Part shown: positions 9,631 through 25,628 of the stretch, one piece after another
Position numbering within the stretch: the first letter of the stretch is position 1
Layout: each line of letters opens with the position of its first letter
Source of the DNA: Nannocystis bainbridge
Lineage (GTDB): Bacteria > Myxococcota_A > Polyangia > Nannocystales > Nannocystaceae
Direction: 5' to 3'
Length of the DNA stretch: 64,000 nucleotides
NCBI RefSeq assembly: GCF_028368995.1
Contig: NZ_JAQNDL010000003.1
Location: 128,001-192,000, forward strand
The notes under the pieces: generated by a model
What the model was told of the DNA's origin: nothing
The model's input: only the letters and a program-made list of their open reading frames with translations
Databases searched by the model: none
Made by a program: the position numbers and the translations under genes

Positions 9631-10869
9631 ATGGACGACACGCACACATCGGCTCGAGGCAGGTTTACGCAGGCAGCTCGGCGGATGCGTGCGAGGTCAA
9701 GTACGGCGGTGCTGCTGGCCTGTATCGGCGCGGCGGGCTGCGACGAGCGACAGGCGGACGCGGCGAAGGCGGAGCCGACGGTCGGTGAAACGGCGGCGCT
9801 CGCGGCGGCGCTCGACGAGGCGGTCGCCAAGGCGATGGCAACGGGCAGCCCCGGGATGGTGGTGGCCGTCGGACGCGGCGACCAGGTCGTGTTCGCCAGG
9901 GCCTACGGTCTCGCGAACCTCGAGGACGAGGTCGCGGTCGCGGTCGACACCGTGTTCCCGATCGCGTCGCTCACCAAGCAATTCACGGCGGCGGCGATCC
10001 TGCTGCTCGTCGAAGAGGGCAAGGTCGGGCTCGACGACCTGCTGTCGCGCTTCGTGCCGGAGGTGCCGCAGGCGCACCGCGTCACGGTCGCGCAGGCGCT
10101 CGTGCAGACGTCCGGGATCGCCGATTACGCGGAAGATCGCGCGGGGGAGCACCTCAAATCGGTGCGCCGCACGCCCGAGGAGATGGCGAGCTGGATCGCC
10201 GGCTTGCAGCCGCCGTTCGCGTTCGAGCCGGGCTCGTCGTGGGGATACAGCAATTCCAACTACGCGCTGCTCGGACTCGTCATCGCGCGCGCGAGCGGCG
10301 AGTCCTATCCGTCGTTCCTGGCCCGGCGCTTGTTCGCGCCGGCGGGTCTGGAGCACACGGCGTTCGACGATCCGGCCGACGTCGTCCCGCGACGAGCGCG
10401 AGGGTATCGCGCCAGCAAGACCGAGCCCGGGCGCTACCACAACGCCGACTGGATCAGCCCGACGATGCCCGGACCGGCGGGAGGACTGCGCTCGACCGCG
10501 GGCGATCTGCTGCGCTGGCACGCGGCGCTGTTCGGCGGGCGGATCCTGGCCCCCTCGAGCCTCGCGCAGATGACAATTCCCGGGCGGCTGGCCGACGGGC
10601 GCACCACGAAGGCGGCGATGCCCGCGCCGATGCAGGCGGCGTGGGGCTCCGACTACGCGATGGGCGTTCTGGTCGGCTCGCCGGACGGACGGGACCGGGT
10701 CTGGCACTCCGGTGACATCGACGGCTTCTCGTCGTGGGCCGCGTATTACCCGGACCGTCGGATCGGCATCGTCATCCTGCAGAACAGCCAGTCGGCGGAG
10801 CGCAACGAGGCGGCGATCGAGCGGATCGTGCTCGACGCCCTCGGAACAGCGCCCCGCGCGGGCGAATGA
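9631..10869 (+). CDS. Serine hydrolase, beta-lactamase/AmpC-like family
   Basis: SxxK (ASLTKQF), YxN (YSNSNY), WHSG; lipoprotein-like signal (AAGC). True start may be 9685. Confidence 0.88.
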   Translation: MDDTHTSARGRFTQAARRMRARSSTAVLLACIGAAGCDERQADAAKAEPTVGETAALAAALDEAVAKAMATGSPGMVVAVGRGDQVVFARAYGLANLEDEVAVAVDTVFPIASLTKQFTAAAILLLVEEGKVGLDDLLSRFVPEVPQAHRVTVAQALVQTSGIADYAEDRAGEHLKSVRRTPEEMASWIAGLQPPFAFEPGSSWGYSNSNYALLGLVIARASGESYPSFLARRLFAPAGLEHTAFDDPADVVPRRARGYRASKTEPGRYHNADWISPTMPGPAGGLRSTAGDLLRWHAALFGGRILAPSSLAQMTIPGRLADGRTTKAAMPAPMQAAWGSDYAMGVLVGSPDGRDRVWHSGDIDGFSSWAAYYPDRRIGIVILQNSQSAERNEAAIERIVLDALGTAPRAGE

Positions 10870-10968
10870 CGGCGCTCGCGTTCGCGGCGGCCGGTGTCGA
10901 GACGGCGCCGGGGTCGGCGGCGCCGACGATGCGACGGCTCGCGGGGCGTGTGGTACCCTGCGGCCTTC

Positions 10969-12321
10969 GTGCGAGTTGAAAGCGCCACCGAGCCGCACCC
11001 GCAGCGCAGCGGACGTCCGCTCTCGCCGGGCGACCTCGTCGCCGATCGCTACCGCATCGTCCGGGCGCTCGGGCGCGGCTCCTTCGGGCACACCTACCTC
11101 GCCGTCGACACCGCCGCCGGCGACCGCGAGGTCGCGGTCAAGCAGCTGCGCACCGACGGGGACAGCGGCTGGAAGGCGTTCGAGCTGTTCGAGCGCGAGG
11201 CCGCGGCGCTGCGGTCATTGCGTCACCACGGGATCCCCGAGATCTTCGATCACCGGCGCGAGACCGCCGGCGGCGCGCTGACGGCCTACCTGGTGATGGA
11301 GTACATCGAAGGGGTCTCGCTCGAGCAATGGATCGACGATGGCGCCAGCCTCGACCCGGCCGCGCTGCTGCGGGTGGCGCTCGGCCTGCTCGACATCCTC
11401 GAATACCTGCACGCCCGCGTCCCGCCGGTGCTGCACCGTGACATCAAGCCCGCGAACGTCGTCCTCCGCCCTGACGGCGCGCCGACGCTGGTCGACTTCG
11501 GCGCCGTGCGCACGGTGTTCCGCGCGGCCGAGGAGGGCGGCTCGACGGTGGTCGGAACTTTCGGCTACATGCCGATCGAGCAGACCATGGGTCAGGCCAG
11601 CCCTGCCAGCGACCTGTACGCCGTCGGGGCGACGCTGCTCCACCTGATCACCCGTCGCCCGCCGACGCAGTTCGCCTCGCGCGACGGCGTGATCGAGGTG
11701 CCTGCCGAATTGCCGGGCGGACCCGTCGTGCGCGGGGTGATCGCGCGGCTGCTCGCCCCGATCGCGTCGGCCCGCTATCAGTCGGCGAGGGAGGCCCGCG
11801 AGGCGCTGCTCGCCCCGGTCCTGGGCGCCGCGGCGGCGTCGCAGAGCGTCGCGCTCGCGCCGATCCCCCCGACGACGCTGGCCCTGCCGCCGACCCCCCG
11901 GGCGCTCGCGGGGGAGCTCGGTACCCGCTTCGAACGGGTGACCCTGTCGCCCATCCGCCTGCTGTTCTCCGACCTCCACCCGTCGCAGCCACTCTCGCTG
12001 GCCCAGCGCAGCTTGATGCTGCTGCTCGGGCTGATGTCTCTGGGCATCGCCCCGCTCATCTTCTGGTTCACGTGCCGTGCGCGGCGCACCCGGGCCCACC
12101 CCTTCTTCGTCCACGGCGTGCCGGTGTCCGGGCTCATCTTGCAGGTGCAGAGGACCGAGTGGATCCAGGTCACCTACGAGTTCGTGCACGCCGGCGCCAC
12201 CCATCGCGGCGTCGACACCATCATCCCGGCGGTGGCCGGACGCTGGCAACCCGGCGATGCGATCGAGCTGCTGGTACTGCCCGAGCGCAACCACGACAGC
12301 ATCATCGTCTCCAGCGCCTGA
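10969..12321 (+). CDS. Ser/Thr protein kinase with C-terminal membrane anchor
   Basis: LGRGSFG, VAVK, HRDIKPAN, DFG, GTFGYM. GTG start placed 9 nt after TACCCT. Confidence 0.9.
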   Translation: MRVESATEPHPQRSGRPLSPGDLVADRYRIVRALGRGSFGHTYLAVDTAAGDREVAVKQLRTDGDSGWKAFELFEREAAALRSLRHHGIPEIFDHRRETAGGALTAYLVMEYIEGVSLEQWIDDGASLDPAALLRVALGLLDILEYLHARVPPVLHRDIKPANVVLRPDGAPTLVDFGAVRTVFRAAEEGGSTVVGTFGYMPIEQTMGQASPASDLYAVGATLLHLITRRPPTQFASRDGVIEVPAELPGGPVVRGVIARLLAPIASARYQSAREAREALLAPVLGAAAASQSVALAPIPPTTLALPPTPRALAGELGTRFERVTLSPIRLLFSDLHPSQPLSLAQRSLMLLLGLMSLGIAPLIFWFTCRARRTRAHPFFVHGVPVSGLILQVQRTEWIQVTYEFVHAGATHRGVDTIIPAVAGRWQPGDAIELLVLPERNHDSIIVSSA

Positions 12322-12381
12322 CCTCGCATCCGCGACGCGGCTGGTGATTGACGGCCGGCACGGTCCGGCGGACGCTGAACT

Positions 12382-12471
12382 CCGGCACCGGCCACGACTC
12401 GTGGTCCAGGGCCCACGATCTGTCCGTCGGCCACGACATCGATTCACGACCGCTCGATCGCTACGAGCAAT
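12382..12471 (+). pseudogene. Decayed duplicate of the esterase 3' end (direct repeat copy 2)
   Basis: Translates GTGHDSWSRAHDLSVGHDIDSRPLDRYEQ versus GTGHDSWSKTYDLSAGHDIYSWLLERYKQ in 5860-6966. Intergenic, with no gene body. Confidence 0.85.
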
Positions 12472-12617
12472 CACTCGCGCCCGCCAATACACATTATCAC
12501 GACACGCCCGCCAGGACGGCCGCGCGCGCCGCATCTGCACCAGCGGAGGCCCGGCGCCGGCCGGCGCGCGTTTTCGTGGTATCGGCCGCGGCCCTCTCGT
12601 GGGTATGATCGACGGCC

Positions 12618-15557
<2,940 letters not shown>

Positions 15558-15878
15558 CGCTATTTACAGGTGACTCGCTGCGAGTCGAGGGCTGACCTCG
15601 ACCGCGGCGGAGCGAGCCTTCGGCACTCGCTGCGGCGCGCTGCGTCGGCCCGCGGGCCGCGACTCGCCCATCCGCCTCATCGCCCTCGTTTCCCCTTCGG
15701 GTCGCCCCCGAAGCCACGTCGGCCGCGATCTCGCGCATTGCGTCATATGTCCCGAAGGACATCTCGAATCGACGTTCACCGCGCCCGGGTGCGCGCTCGC
15801 CCGTGGGTGCCCGGGGAGACACGTCGACGCACGCATCGGCGGGCAATTGTTCCGCCGCCTGCTGACGCTCTGGTTTGT

Positions 15879-17897
15879 ATGCCCAGCACGCGAAAGTTCC
15901 TGTCCGCCTGCACCGCCCTCACGCTCGCTGCCGCGCCCGCAGCGGCCGGAGCCGCCTCGGTGCGGGTCAACGTCCAGGTCCCGTACGACATCCAGACCAA
16001 GACCTTCGACCTCGAGATGCTCGAGTACCAGAACCTGCAGCCGGTGTTCTACCGCCCGTTCGACATCCCCTACGACACCCTCGAGCCGATGCTCGACCAG
16101 CTGCTCGAGGACGTCGTCGGCCGCCACCACGAGTTCTACATCAAGTGCACCGGCCTCGGCATCGACGAGCTGTGCCCCGACACCGAGGTCGACGTCTTCC
16201 TCCACTCGAAGCTGCGGTTCACCAAGAAGAACCAGCCCAAGCTGACCCAGCTGGGCCCGGCCGCGGACAACAAGTTCCGCCTCGCGATCGACACCCAGGT
16301 CCGGATCGACCTCGACGCCCGGATCAAGCACGAGACCGGCATCTGGTACTCGAACAGCGAGACGGTCGAGCTGTGGGTCAAGATCGGCGCGCGCGCCAGC
16401 GTCGACCTCACGCTGTGGCCGACCCCGAAGGCCGAGAACCTCAAGGTCGAGCTCAAGAAGGAGGGCGGGGACGTCGTCATCCATGGCCTCGAGGAGCAGA
16501 TCATCGCCGCCGGCGCGATCGTCGGCGGCGTCACCCTCGGCCCGCTCGGCGCGGCGCTCGGCGCGATCCTCGGGGCCATCGGCGCCGACGCGGCCAACGA
16601 CGCCATCATCGACGTCATCAACGACGCCCTCACCGACCAGATCAACGCCGCCAACGTCCTCCTGCGCGAGCACGTGCAGGGGCTGATCGACCCCGCGATC
16701 GCGCAGGCCGTCGACTACCGCAATCAAGCGCTCAACACCAAGATCCCCCGGCTCGACATGACCATCGCCCAGGCGCTGGCGCTCAGCCCCGTCAGCCTCG
16801 ACGTGCGCACCTCCATCAAGAACGACGCGCTCGCGCTGGCCGCCACCGCCCGCATCGACCCGACCGGCAAGGGCAAGAGCCTCTCGGGCTTCTTGCGCTT
16901 CCCCAAGTCGAAGTGCAACTACATGGAGGGCGGCAACAAGACCGTCGGTTACTTCCAGATCCCGACCGAGGTCGTGCCGATGAACACCGACCTCGCGGGC
17001 AAGCCGTGCGCCTCGATCGTGTCGGCCTCGACCTTCGCCCGCTCGACCTACCTCGGCGAGAGCCCCAACCGCGTGCTCCACACCGGCGACCCGGCCGACC
17101 ATTTGCCGAGCTGGCAGTCGACCGGCACCGTCAGCACCAGCGGCAACGTGGTCGAAAAGGCCGACTACTACGAGTGCCCCTACACCCTCGGCAACCTGCC
17201 GAACGCGGCGATCCTCGAGCTCGCCACCGTCAAGGACTCGGTGCTGCACGAGCGCCTCGACCTCGGGGTGTTCCGCGCCCGCTTCCTGTTCGCCGCGGCG
17301 CTCAACCCGCTGAAGCTGTTCGATGCCAGGGGCAAGCTGCTCCCGGGCCCGCTGGTGTTCGGCGGCAAGGGCCCGAAGACCGTCGACGACTGCCCGAGCT
17401 ACGCCGGGCGCGGCAGCGGCCTGCGGCCCAACAAGCTCGAGCAGCTCAAGGACAAGTTCGACCCCGATACCTGCCCGACCTGCGGCCTGCTCGACGTATT
17501 CAACCACCTCGACCTGATCTCGAACCCGGCCGAGAAGGTCGTGCTCGAATCGGTGATCGACAAGGCCGGCATCACCAAGAAGTATGACCAGGTGCAGCAG
17601 CAACTGGCCAGCGAGGGCGCGCTCCAGAGCGTGCAGCGGCTCCAGAAGGTGCTCGACTCCGGCGTGATCGGCCGCGCCTGGGACGCCGTCGACAAGGCCC
17701 GCGCCAAGGTCGGCAACCTCAGCCCCAAGGGCGTCACCGTCAAGCAGGTCGGCACCGCGGCCGCGCGCAAGAAGTCCATCAAGGTGTTCGACGGCACCAA
17801 GGCCGTGAAGATGACCAGCGTGCGCCTCAAGGACAGCGCCCTGCCGACCGCCAAGGTCGAGGTCTTGGTGACGAAGGGCAAGAAGGCCGGCAAGTGA
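15879..17897 (+). CDS. Hypothetical secreted protein with Gly-zipper-like hydrophobic segment and Lys-rich tail
   Basis: Signal peptide MPSTRKFLSACTALTLAAAPAAAGA and strong coding bias from ATG 15879; no family recognised. Confidence 0.75.
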   Translation: MPSTRKFLSACTALTLAAAPAAAGAASVRVNVQVPYDIQTKTFDLEMLEYQNLQPVFYRPFDIPYDTLEPMLDQLLEDVVGRHHEFYIKCTGLGIDELCPDTEVDVFLHSKLRFTKKNQPKLTQLGPAADNKFRLAIDTQVRIDLDARIKHETGIWYSNSETVELWVKIGARASVDLTLWPTPKAENLKVELKKEGGDVVIHGLEEQIIAAGAIVGGVTLGPLGAALGAILGAIGADAANDAIIDVINDALTDQINAANVLLREHVQGLIDPAIAQAVDYRNQALNTKIPRLDMTIAQALALSPVSLDVRTSIKNDALALAATARIDPTGKGKSLSGFLRFPKSKCNYMEGGNKTVGYFQIPTEVVPMNTDLAGKPCASIVSASTFARSTYLGESPNRVLHTGDPADHLPSWQSTGTVSTSGNVVEKADYYECPYTLGNLPNAAILELATVKDSVLHERLDLGVFRARFLFAAALNPLKLFDARGKLLPGPLVFGGKGPKTVDDCPSYAGRGSGLRPNKLEQLKDKFDPDTCPTCGLLDVFNHLDLISNPAEKVVLESVIDKAGITKKYDQVQQQLASEGALQSVQRLQKVLDSGVIGRAWDAVDKARAKVGNLSPKGVTVKQVGTAAARKKSIKVFDGTKAVKMTSVRLKDSALPTAKVEVLVTKGKKAGK

Positions 17898-18164
17898 TCG
17901 CATAACGACGGGTCGTGAACATCGAAATCGCCTGCCCGGCGGCCGACCCGGCCGCCGAGCAGGCGTCATTTCGTGTTCACCAACTATCGCCATTCACCAC
18001 ACCTGGGACTCGCCGGCGAATATCCACAGTCTGCCGCGCTCGCGGCGTCGAGCTTCCCCCCCGTTCAGACCCCGCAGCAATCCTTGCGCCCCGCGGAAGA
18101 CCGCGCCCTCCGCGCGACGCCGATTCTCGCAACGGATCGCCCTCGCCTGGCGACTACCGCCACC

Positions 18165-18944
18165 ATGGGTCAGTCCGAGCAGGGTAGCGGGGTGCGGGCG
18201 TTGTTCGCCGCCTGGGCGGCCGCCGAGAGCGACGAGGCCGCGCTGGCGGGCCTGGCCGGGCTGCTCGCCGGCCCCGAGACCAGCGACGCCGGGGCGAGCT
18301 TGCGACGCCTGTGGCCCCCGCCCGCGCTCTCCACGGCGGAGCTCGCCCCCGCGCCCGCCGCTCGCCCCCGCGACCCCGCGCTCGAGCGGGCCATCGCCAC
18401 CGCGAGCGCGTGCGTCGGTCGCCTCGCCTCGGTCGACTCCGGCCACGTCCGGGCCCTCGCCACCGCCTGGCTCGTGCGCCCCGACCTGGCTGCCACCATT
18501 CGCAAGCCGCTCCTGCCCTGCCTCGCGCAGCTGACCCGCGGCGAGCGCAGCTTGCAGCTCGAGCTCGCCGGCGTCACCCCCGTGGCGGTGCGCGAGGTCC
18601 TCTACGTCGCCCCCGATTGCGACCTCGCGCTGCTGCGGGTCGCCGCGCAGCCGAGCTTCATCGCCCTCGCCCCCGGCGTCGCCCACGGTCACGAGCTGGC
18701 CGCGATCGACTGTAGTGATTCTCCGGAATCACAGGCCGGCGAGGCGCTGCCCGGCGGCCTGCGCCTGGTCCAGGGTCGGGTCCAGGAGGTCTCCTCGGTG
18801 CTGCTGCGCCACGACTGCGCGGGCCGTCCCGGCGGCGTGCTGCTCGATCTGGCCTCGGGCCAGGCGATCGGCCTCACCGTCGGCGGTCACGCGTCGGTGC
18901 CCGGCTGGCTGGTCCGCGAGCGGATCGAGCGGCTCACGCGATGA
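18165..18944 (+). CDS. Catalytically inactive trypsin-like protease paralog
   Basis: Aligns along its length with 22469-23332, but TNRH is TIRK and HDCTTLGGSSGG is HDCAGRPGG. Start placed at ATG 18165. Confidence 0.75.
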   Translation: MGQSEQGSGVRALFAAWAAAESDEAALAGLAGLLAGPETSDAGASLRRLWPPPALSTAELAPAPAARPRDPALERAIATASACVGRLASVDSGHVRALATAWLVRPDLAATIRKPLLPCLAQLTRGERSLQLELAGVTPVAVREVLYVAPDCDLALLRVAAQPSFIALAPGVAHGHELAAIDCSDSPESQAGEALPGGLRLVQGRVQEVSSVLLRHDCAGRPGGVLLDLASGQAIGLTVGGHASVPGWLVRERIERLTR

Positions 18945-18956
18945 CGGTCGCCCGCC

Positions 18957-19574
18957 TCACCGCGACGCCACGAGCTGGGCCCGCAGCCCGGCCGCCCATT
19001 GCTCGAGCCCGGAGATCGTGCTCTCCATCTCCGCCGCGCTGGCCTCGAGCCCACGAATCGCCGCCTCGAGCTGCTGCTTGGCCCGCCGCAGGCGGCTGCG
19101 CGCCGTGTCCTCCGGCACCCCGAGGAACGCCCCGAGCTCCGGCCCGCTCATGCGCTCCCAATAATAAAGCTCGAGGATCACCTGCGACGCGACCGGGATC
19201 TGCCGCAGCCCGTGCAGCAGCAGCCGCTGCTCCGCGTGCGCCGCCAGCAGCGACGTCGGGCTCGATCCCAGATCGACCAGCGACAGCTTCTCGAGGTCGA
19301 GCTCCTCCGGCGCCCGCCGGTTGCGGCGCAGGTGGTCGCGCAGGACGTTGTGGGCGATCGCAAACAGATACGTGCGAAACGAGGCGTCGCCGCGGAACCG
19401 GTCGCGGCCCTCCACGCAGCCGATGAAGGTCCGCTGCACGAGGTCCTCGGCCTGCTGCTCCACCTTGTTGCGAAAGAACCTGCGCACGGCGTCGAAATAG
19501 CGGTCGAACAACGTACTGCCCGCCTGGCGATCGCCGGCCCGCCAGGCGGTGAGGAGCTCCTGATCGCTCGACAT
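18957..19574 (-). CDS. ECF-type RNA polymerase sigma-70 factor
   Basis: sigma2 (AEDLVQRTF, FRTYLFAIAHN) and sigma4 (LELYYWE..ELGAFLGVPEDTARSRLRRAK). Confidence 0.93.
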   Translation of the reverse strand: MSSDQELLTAWRAGDRQAGSTLFDRYFDAVRRFFRNKVEQQAEDLVQRTFIGCVEGRDRFRGDASFRTYLFAIAHNVLRDHLRRNRRAPEELDLEKLSLVDLGSSPTSLLAAHAEQRLLLHGLRQIPVASQVILELYYWERMSGPELGAFLGVPEDTARSRLRRAKQQLEAAIRGLEASAAEMESTISGLEQWAAGLRAQLVASR

Positions 19575-19652
19575 GGCGCCACTCTACCACGAGGGCCAGG
19601 CCGCGAAACCCGCTGGCTGACGGACCCGCCCCTCGGAGACACTACCCCGGCC

Positions 19653-22466
<2,814 letters not shown>

Positions 22467-22468
22467 GC

Positions 22469-23332
22469 TCAAATCGAGCCCTCCAGCTGCGCCAGCCGCT
22501 GCTGCACCACCCACCCCGGCACCCCGAGATTGACGCGGCGGTCGCGTGATTCGCCGAAGTTGAGGCCGATCACCGATCCGCGGACCAGGTCGACGATCAC
22601 CCCGCCCGAGCTGCCACCGAGCGTGGTGCAGTCGTGCTCGAGCAACGTGTCCGACGTCGACACCAGGCGCCCGAGCGAGATCCGCTTGAACCCGCGGCCC
22701 TCGCGGTCGAACCAGCCGTCCCCGAAGATCTGCTGGTACTCGGGCTCCGCGTAGCCGCCCTCCGCGTGGCTCGGGAAACCGATCACCGCCACGGGATTGG
22801 CGGTGACGATCGAATCGACGACGACCAGCCCGACCTGGGGCGCCCCGCGCTGCTTGACTCGCAAGAACGCCAGGTCGTGGATCGGGTCGATGTAGAGCAC
22901 CCGGGTGACCGGGCAGTGGAGCACCGCGGAACCGTCGGCCTCGGCGCTCAGGTTCACGCGCAACGTCCGGGCGCCGCGCTGCACGTCGTCGAGGAGCGAC
23001 AGGATCGTGTGGCGATTGGTCACCGCCACGTCGGGACGGATCAACCATGCCGAGCCGCACTGCGTCAGCGGCCCGAGCTCGGGGCACTCGAGTCGGCCGA
23101 CCGCCCCCACCATCGCCTCCAGATGCCGTCTGGCCGCGTGGACCACCGCGCGCCAGGCCGGCTCGGGCGGCAGCGCGAAGCTCCCGTCGCGGACCGTCAG
23201 CGGGGCCGGGAACCACTGATGGACGAGCTCCAGCCCGTCCGCCTCGGCCGCGGTCAGCGTCTGCAGCGGCTCGCCGGGCGGCGCGGCGAGGCCGACCTCG
23301 TGACTCTCCAGGGTGTCCTCGGACGTCGTCAT
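22469..23332 (-). CDS. Trypsin-like serine protease (cytoplasmic, intact triad)
   Basis: His in TNRH, Asp in HDLAFL, Ser in HDCTTLGGSSGG; no signal peptide. Start may be 23376 or further upstream. Confidence 0.88.
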   Translation of the reverse strand: MTTSEDTLESHEVGLAAPPGEPLQTLTAAEADGLELVHQWFPAPLTVRDGSFALPPEPAWRAVVHAARRHLEAMVGAVGRLECPELGPLTQCGSAWLIRPDVAVTNRHTILSLLDDVQRGARTLRVNLSAEADGSAVLHCPVTRVLYIDPIHDLAFLRVKQRGAPQVGLVVVDSIVTANPVAVIGFPSHAEGGYAEPEYQQIFGDGWFDREGRGFKRISLGRLVSTSDTLLEHDCTTLGGSSGGVIVDLVRGSVIGLNFGESRDRRVNLGVPGWVVQQRLAQLEGSI

Positions 23333-23526
23333 CTGCGTCGCTCCTCCGGCCTTCGTCTCTTCGGGTGATAGTCGCATCGGCATCCCCTTCCGTGCATCTA
23401 CACCGCGAGATCGATCATTTGTCGCGACGGCGTGAACGGTTCGCCGACGTCTTGGCACTACCGGTTCACAGCGCGACGGCGTCGGCGATGTCCGCCGGGC
23501 CGGCGCGTCACAGGAGTTGTATTGTC

Positions 23527-23925
23527 ATGGCAGTCACATGGACTTTGAAGGATAGCTCGGGGGCCAATCTCAGCACGCAGCCGACCTCGACCGGCACGCT
23601 CGCGCTGACCTTCAACAACAGCGGCTATCCCTACTACGCCCCCGGCGAGATCATCACCGAGGTCCTCGCCGAGGTCGACAGCACCGGCCCGGTGACGATC
23701 ACGCTATCGCCGCAGAACGAGGGCTATTACCTCGACGAGAGCCGCAGCGACCCGCAGGAGCTGCCCTCGTCCCACGGCGGCGTGATGTCCTGGTCCCAGA
23801 GCGGCCCCGTCACGACCCTCACCTTCACCGCGCCCGGCACCGTCAGCAACGAGTGGTCCTGGGGCTTCGGCGGCCTGACCCCGCCGGTCGGGCTGAAGAT
23901 CAAGGTGCGCGTGCGGCGGGCCTGA
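23527..23925 (+). CDS. Hypothetical 132-aa beta-rich protein with basic C-terminus
   Basis: Coding-like GC3 bias from ATG 23527; ends [10 protein letters not shown]. Confidence 0.7.
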   Translation: MAVTWTLKDSSGANLSTQPTSTGTLALTFNNSGYPYYAPGEIITEVLAEVDSTGPVTITLSPQNEGYYLDESRSDPQELPSSHGGVMSWSQSGPVTTLTFTAPGTVSNEWSWGFGGLTPPVGLKIKVRVRRA

Positions 23926-24025
23926 CGATCCGACGCCGCGAGGCGAGCGAGGCGCGCGGAACCTGCTCTTTAAGCCAGGTCATCGCGCGTCGCGCTCGCC
24001 TCGCCGACCTGTTACCATCCGCCGC

Positions 24026-25018
24026 GTGTCTGCGCTCCCGGTCCTCGACCTCTCGCCGCTCCGACACGACCCTGCCGCCGCCGACGCGCTCGCGCGGGCC
24101 ATCGCCGCCGCGTGCCGCGACAGCGGCTTCTTCTACGTCGTCGGCCACGGCCTCGACCCAACCTTGCTCGCCCGCCTCGAGGCCCTGAGCCGCCGCTTCT
24201 TCGCCGCCGCCGACGCCGACAAGCAGGCCCTCGCGATGCACCACGGCGGCCGCGCCTGGCGCGGGTGGTTCCCGCTCGGCGGCGAGCTCACCTCGGGCCA
24301 GCCCGACCTCAAGGAGGGCCTGTACTTCGGGACAGAGCTGCCCGCCGACCACCCGCGCGTGCGCGCCGGCGTCCCGCTGCACGGCGCCAACCTGTGGCCG
24401 GCGTGGCTGCCGGAGCTGCGCCCGGTCGTGCTCGCCGTCATGGCGCAGCTGGCCGAAGTCGCCCAGCTGGTGCTCGAGGGCGTGGCCCGCAGCCTCGGCC
24501 TCGCGCCCGAGTGGTTCCGCGTGCACTACACCGGCGGGACGGGCGAGCCGACGCAGCTGTTCCGGATCTTCCACTACCCGGCGACGCCGCAGCCGGGCTG
24601 GGGCGTCGGCGAACACACCGACTACGGCCTCCTGACGCTGCTCGTGCAGGACGACGTCGGCGGCCTGCAGGTCAAGACCCCGCGCGGATGGATCGACGCC
24701 CCGCCGCTGCCCGGGGCGCTCGTGTGCAACATCGGCGACATGCTCGACCGCCTCACCGGCGGCTGGTACCGCTCGACCCCGCACCGCGTGCGCGCCTCGA
24801 CCGCGCGCGATCGCCTGTCGTTCCCGTTCTTCTTCGACCCCGCGTGGGACGCCGAGATCGTGCCCCTGCCGCGCGCCGCCGACCTGCCCGACGACGCCGC
24901 CGAGCGCTGGGATTCCGCCAGCGTGCACGCCTTTCGCGGCACCTACGGCGAATACCTGCTCGGCAAGGTGGCCCGCGTCTTCCCCGCCCTGCACGCCGCC
25001 GTAAAGGCCGAGATGTGA
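24026..25018 (+). CDS. 2-oxoglutarate/Fe(II) oxygenase, isopenicillin N synthase family
   Basis: [14 protein letters not shown] (HxD), NIGDML, HRV, RLSFPFF. Confidence 0.93.
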   Translation: MSALPVLDLSPLRHDPAAADALARAIAAACRDSGFFYVVGHGLDPTLLARLEALSRRFFAAADADKQALAMHHGGRAWRGWFPLGGELTSGQPDLKEGLYFGTELPADHPRVRAGVPLHGANLWPAWLPELRPVVLAVMAQLAEVAQLVLEGVARSLGLAPEWFRVHYTGGTGEPTQLFRIFHYPATPQPGWGVGEHTDYGLLTLLVQDDVGGLQVKTPRGWIDAPPLPGALVCNIGDMLDRLTGGWYRSTPHRVRASTARDRLSFPFFFDPAWDAEIVPLPRAADLPDDAAERWDSASVHAFRGTYGEYLLGKVARVFPALHAAVKAEM

Positions 25019-25154
25019 CCCAGGCGCCCGCCACGCGGGCCGCAGCCACAGCCGACCTCTGCCGCGCTCGCATCGCCTGAGTCGGATATTGAACAATGTA
25101 CAGTGGTCACTCCGCGGCACTTCCCTACGTTGTGAAATTGCGGAGGGAACAGCC

Positions 25155-25628
25155 ATGCGTGCGAAGCACCACACCAGCGATCGCGAGAGCACCCGCGCGA
25201 ACACCGACTCGGAGGCGCCGTTCGAGGAGTTCATCGATCCCGGCTTCCGCTCCCAGGGCCTCTACGGCGAGGTGACGTGGCCGGACAGCGAGCCCCAACC
25301 GTGGCCATCGGCGCCACGGGCCCGCGAGGGCGAGGCGCTGCTCGCGTCGGAGTCCGGCCGCGGCCGCTTCGTCGGCTGCGGGCCGCGGACCTACCGCCGC
25401 TCCGACGCCCGGATCGCCGAGGACATCAACGAGGCCCTCACCTGGCACCCCGACATCGACGCCAGCGAGGTGGAGGTCGCCGTGGCGAGCGGCATCGTGA
25501 CCCTCAGCGGCCTCGTCTACGACCCGAACACGCGCCGCCTGATCGTCGAGCTGGCGCTGCAGACCGCCGGCGTCGGCGAGCTCGACGACCGCATGGCGGT
25601 CGCCGGCGGCAAGGCGTCCACCGCGTGA
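25155..25628 (+). CDS. BON domain protein
   Basis: GPRTYRRSDARIAEDINEAL..IDASEVEVAVASGIVTLSG; SD GGAGG upstream of ATG 25155. Confidence 0.85.
   Translation: MRAKHHTSDRESTRANTDSEAPFEEFIDPGFRSQGLYGEVTWPDSEPQPWPSAPRAREGEALLASESGRGRFVGCGPRTYRRSDARIAEDINEALTWHPDIDASEVEVAVASGIVTLSGLVYDPNTRRLIVELALQTAGVGELDDRMAVAGGKASTA

Noticed and set aside
18999-19652. N-terminal extensions of ORF-track calls (also 8-748, 15570-15878, 23047-23526, 32721-33743)
   Set aside because: They overlap real genes on another frame or strand, or look non-coding. Downstream starts fit signal peptides, domain boundaries or translational coupling better.
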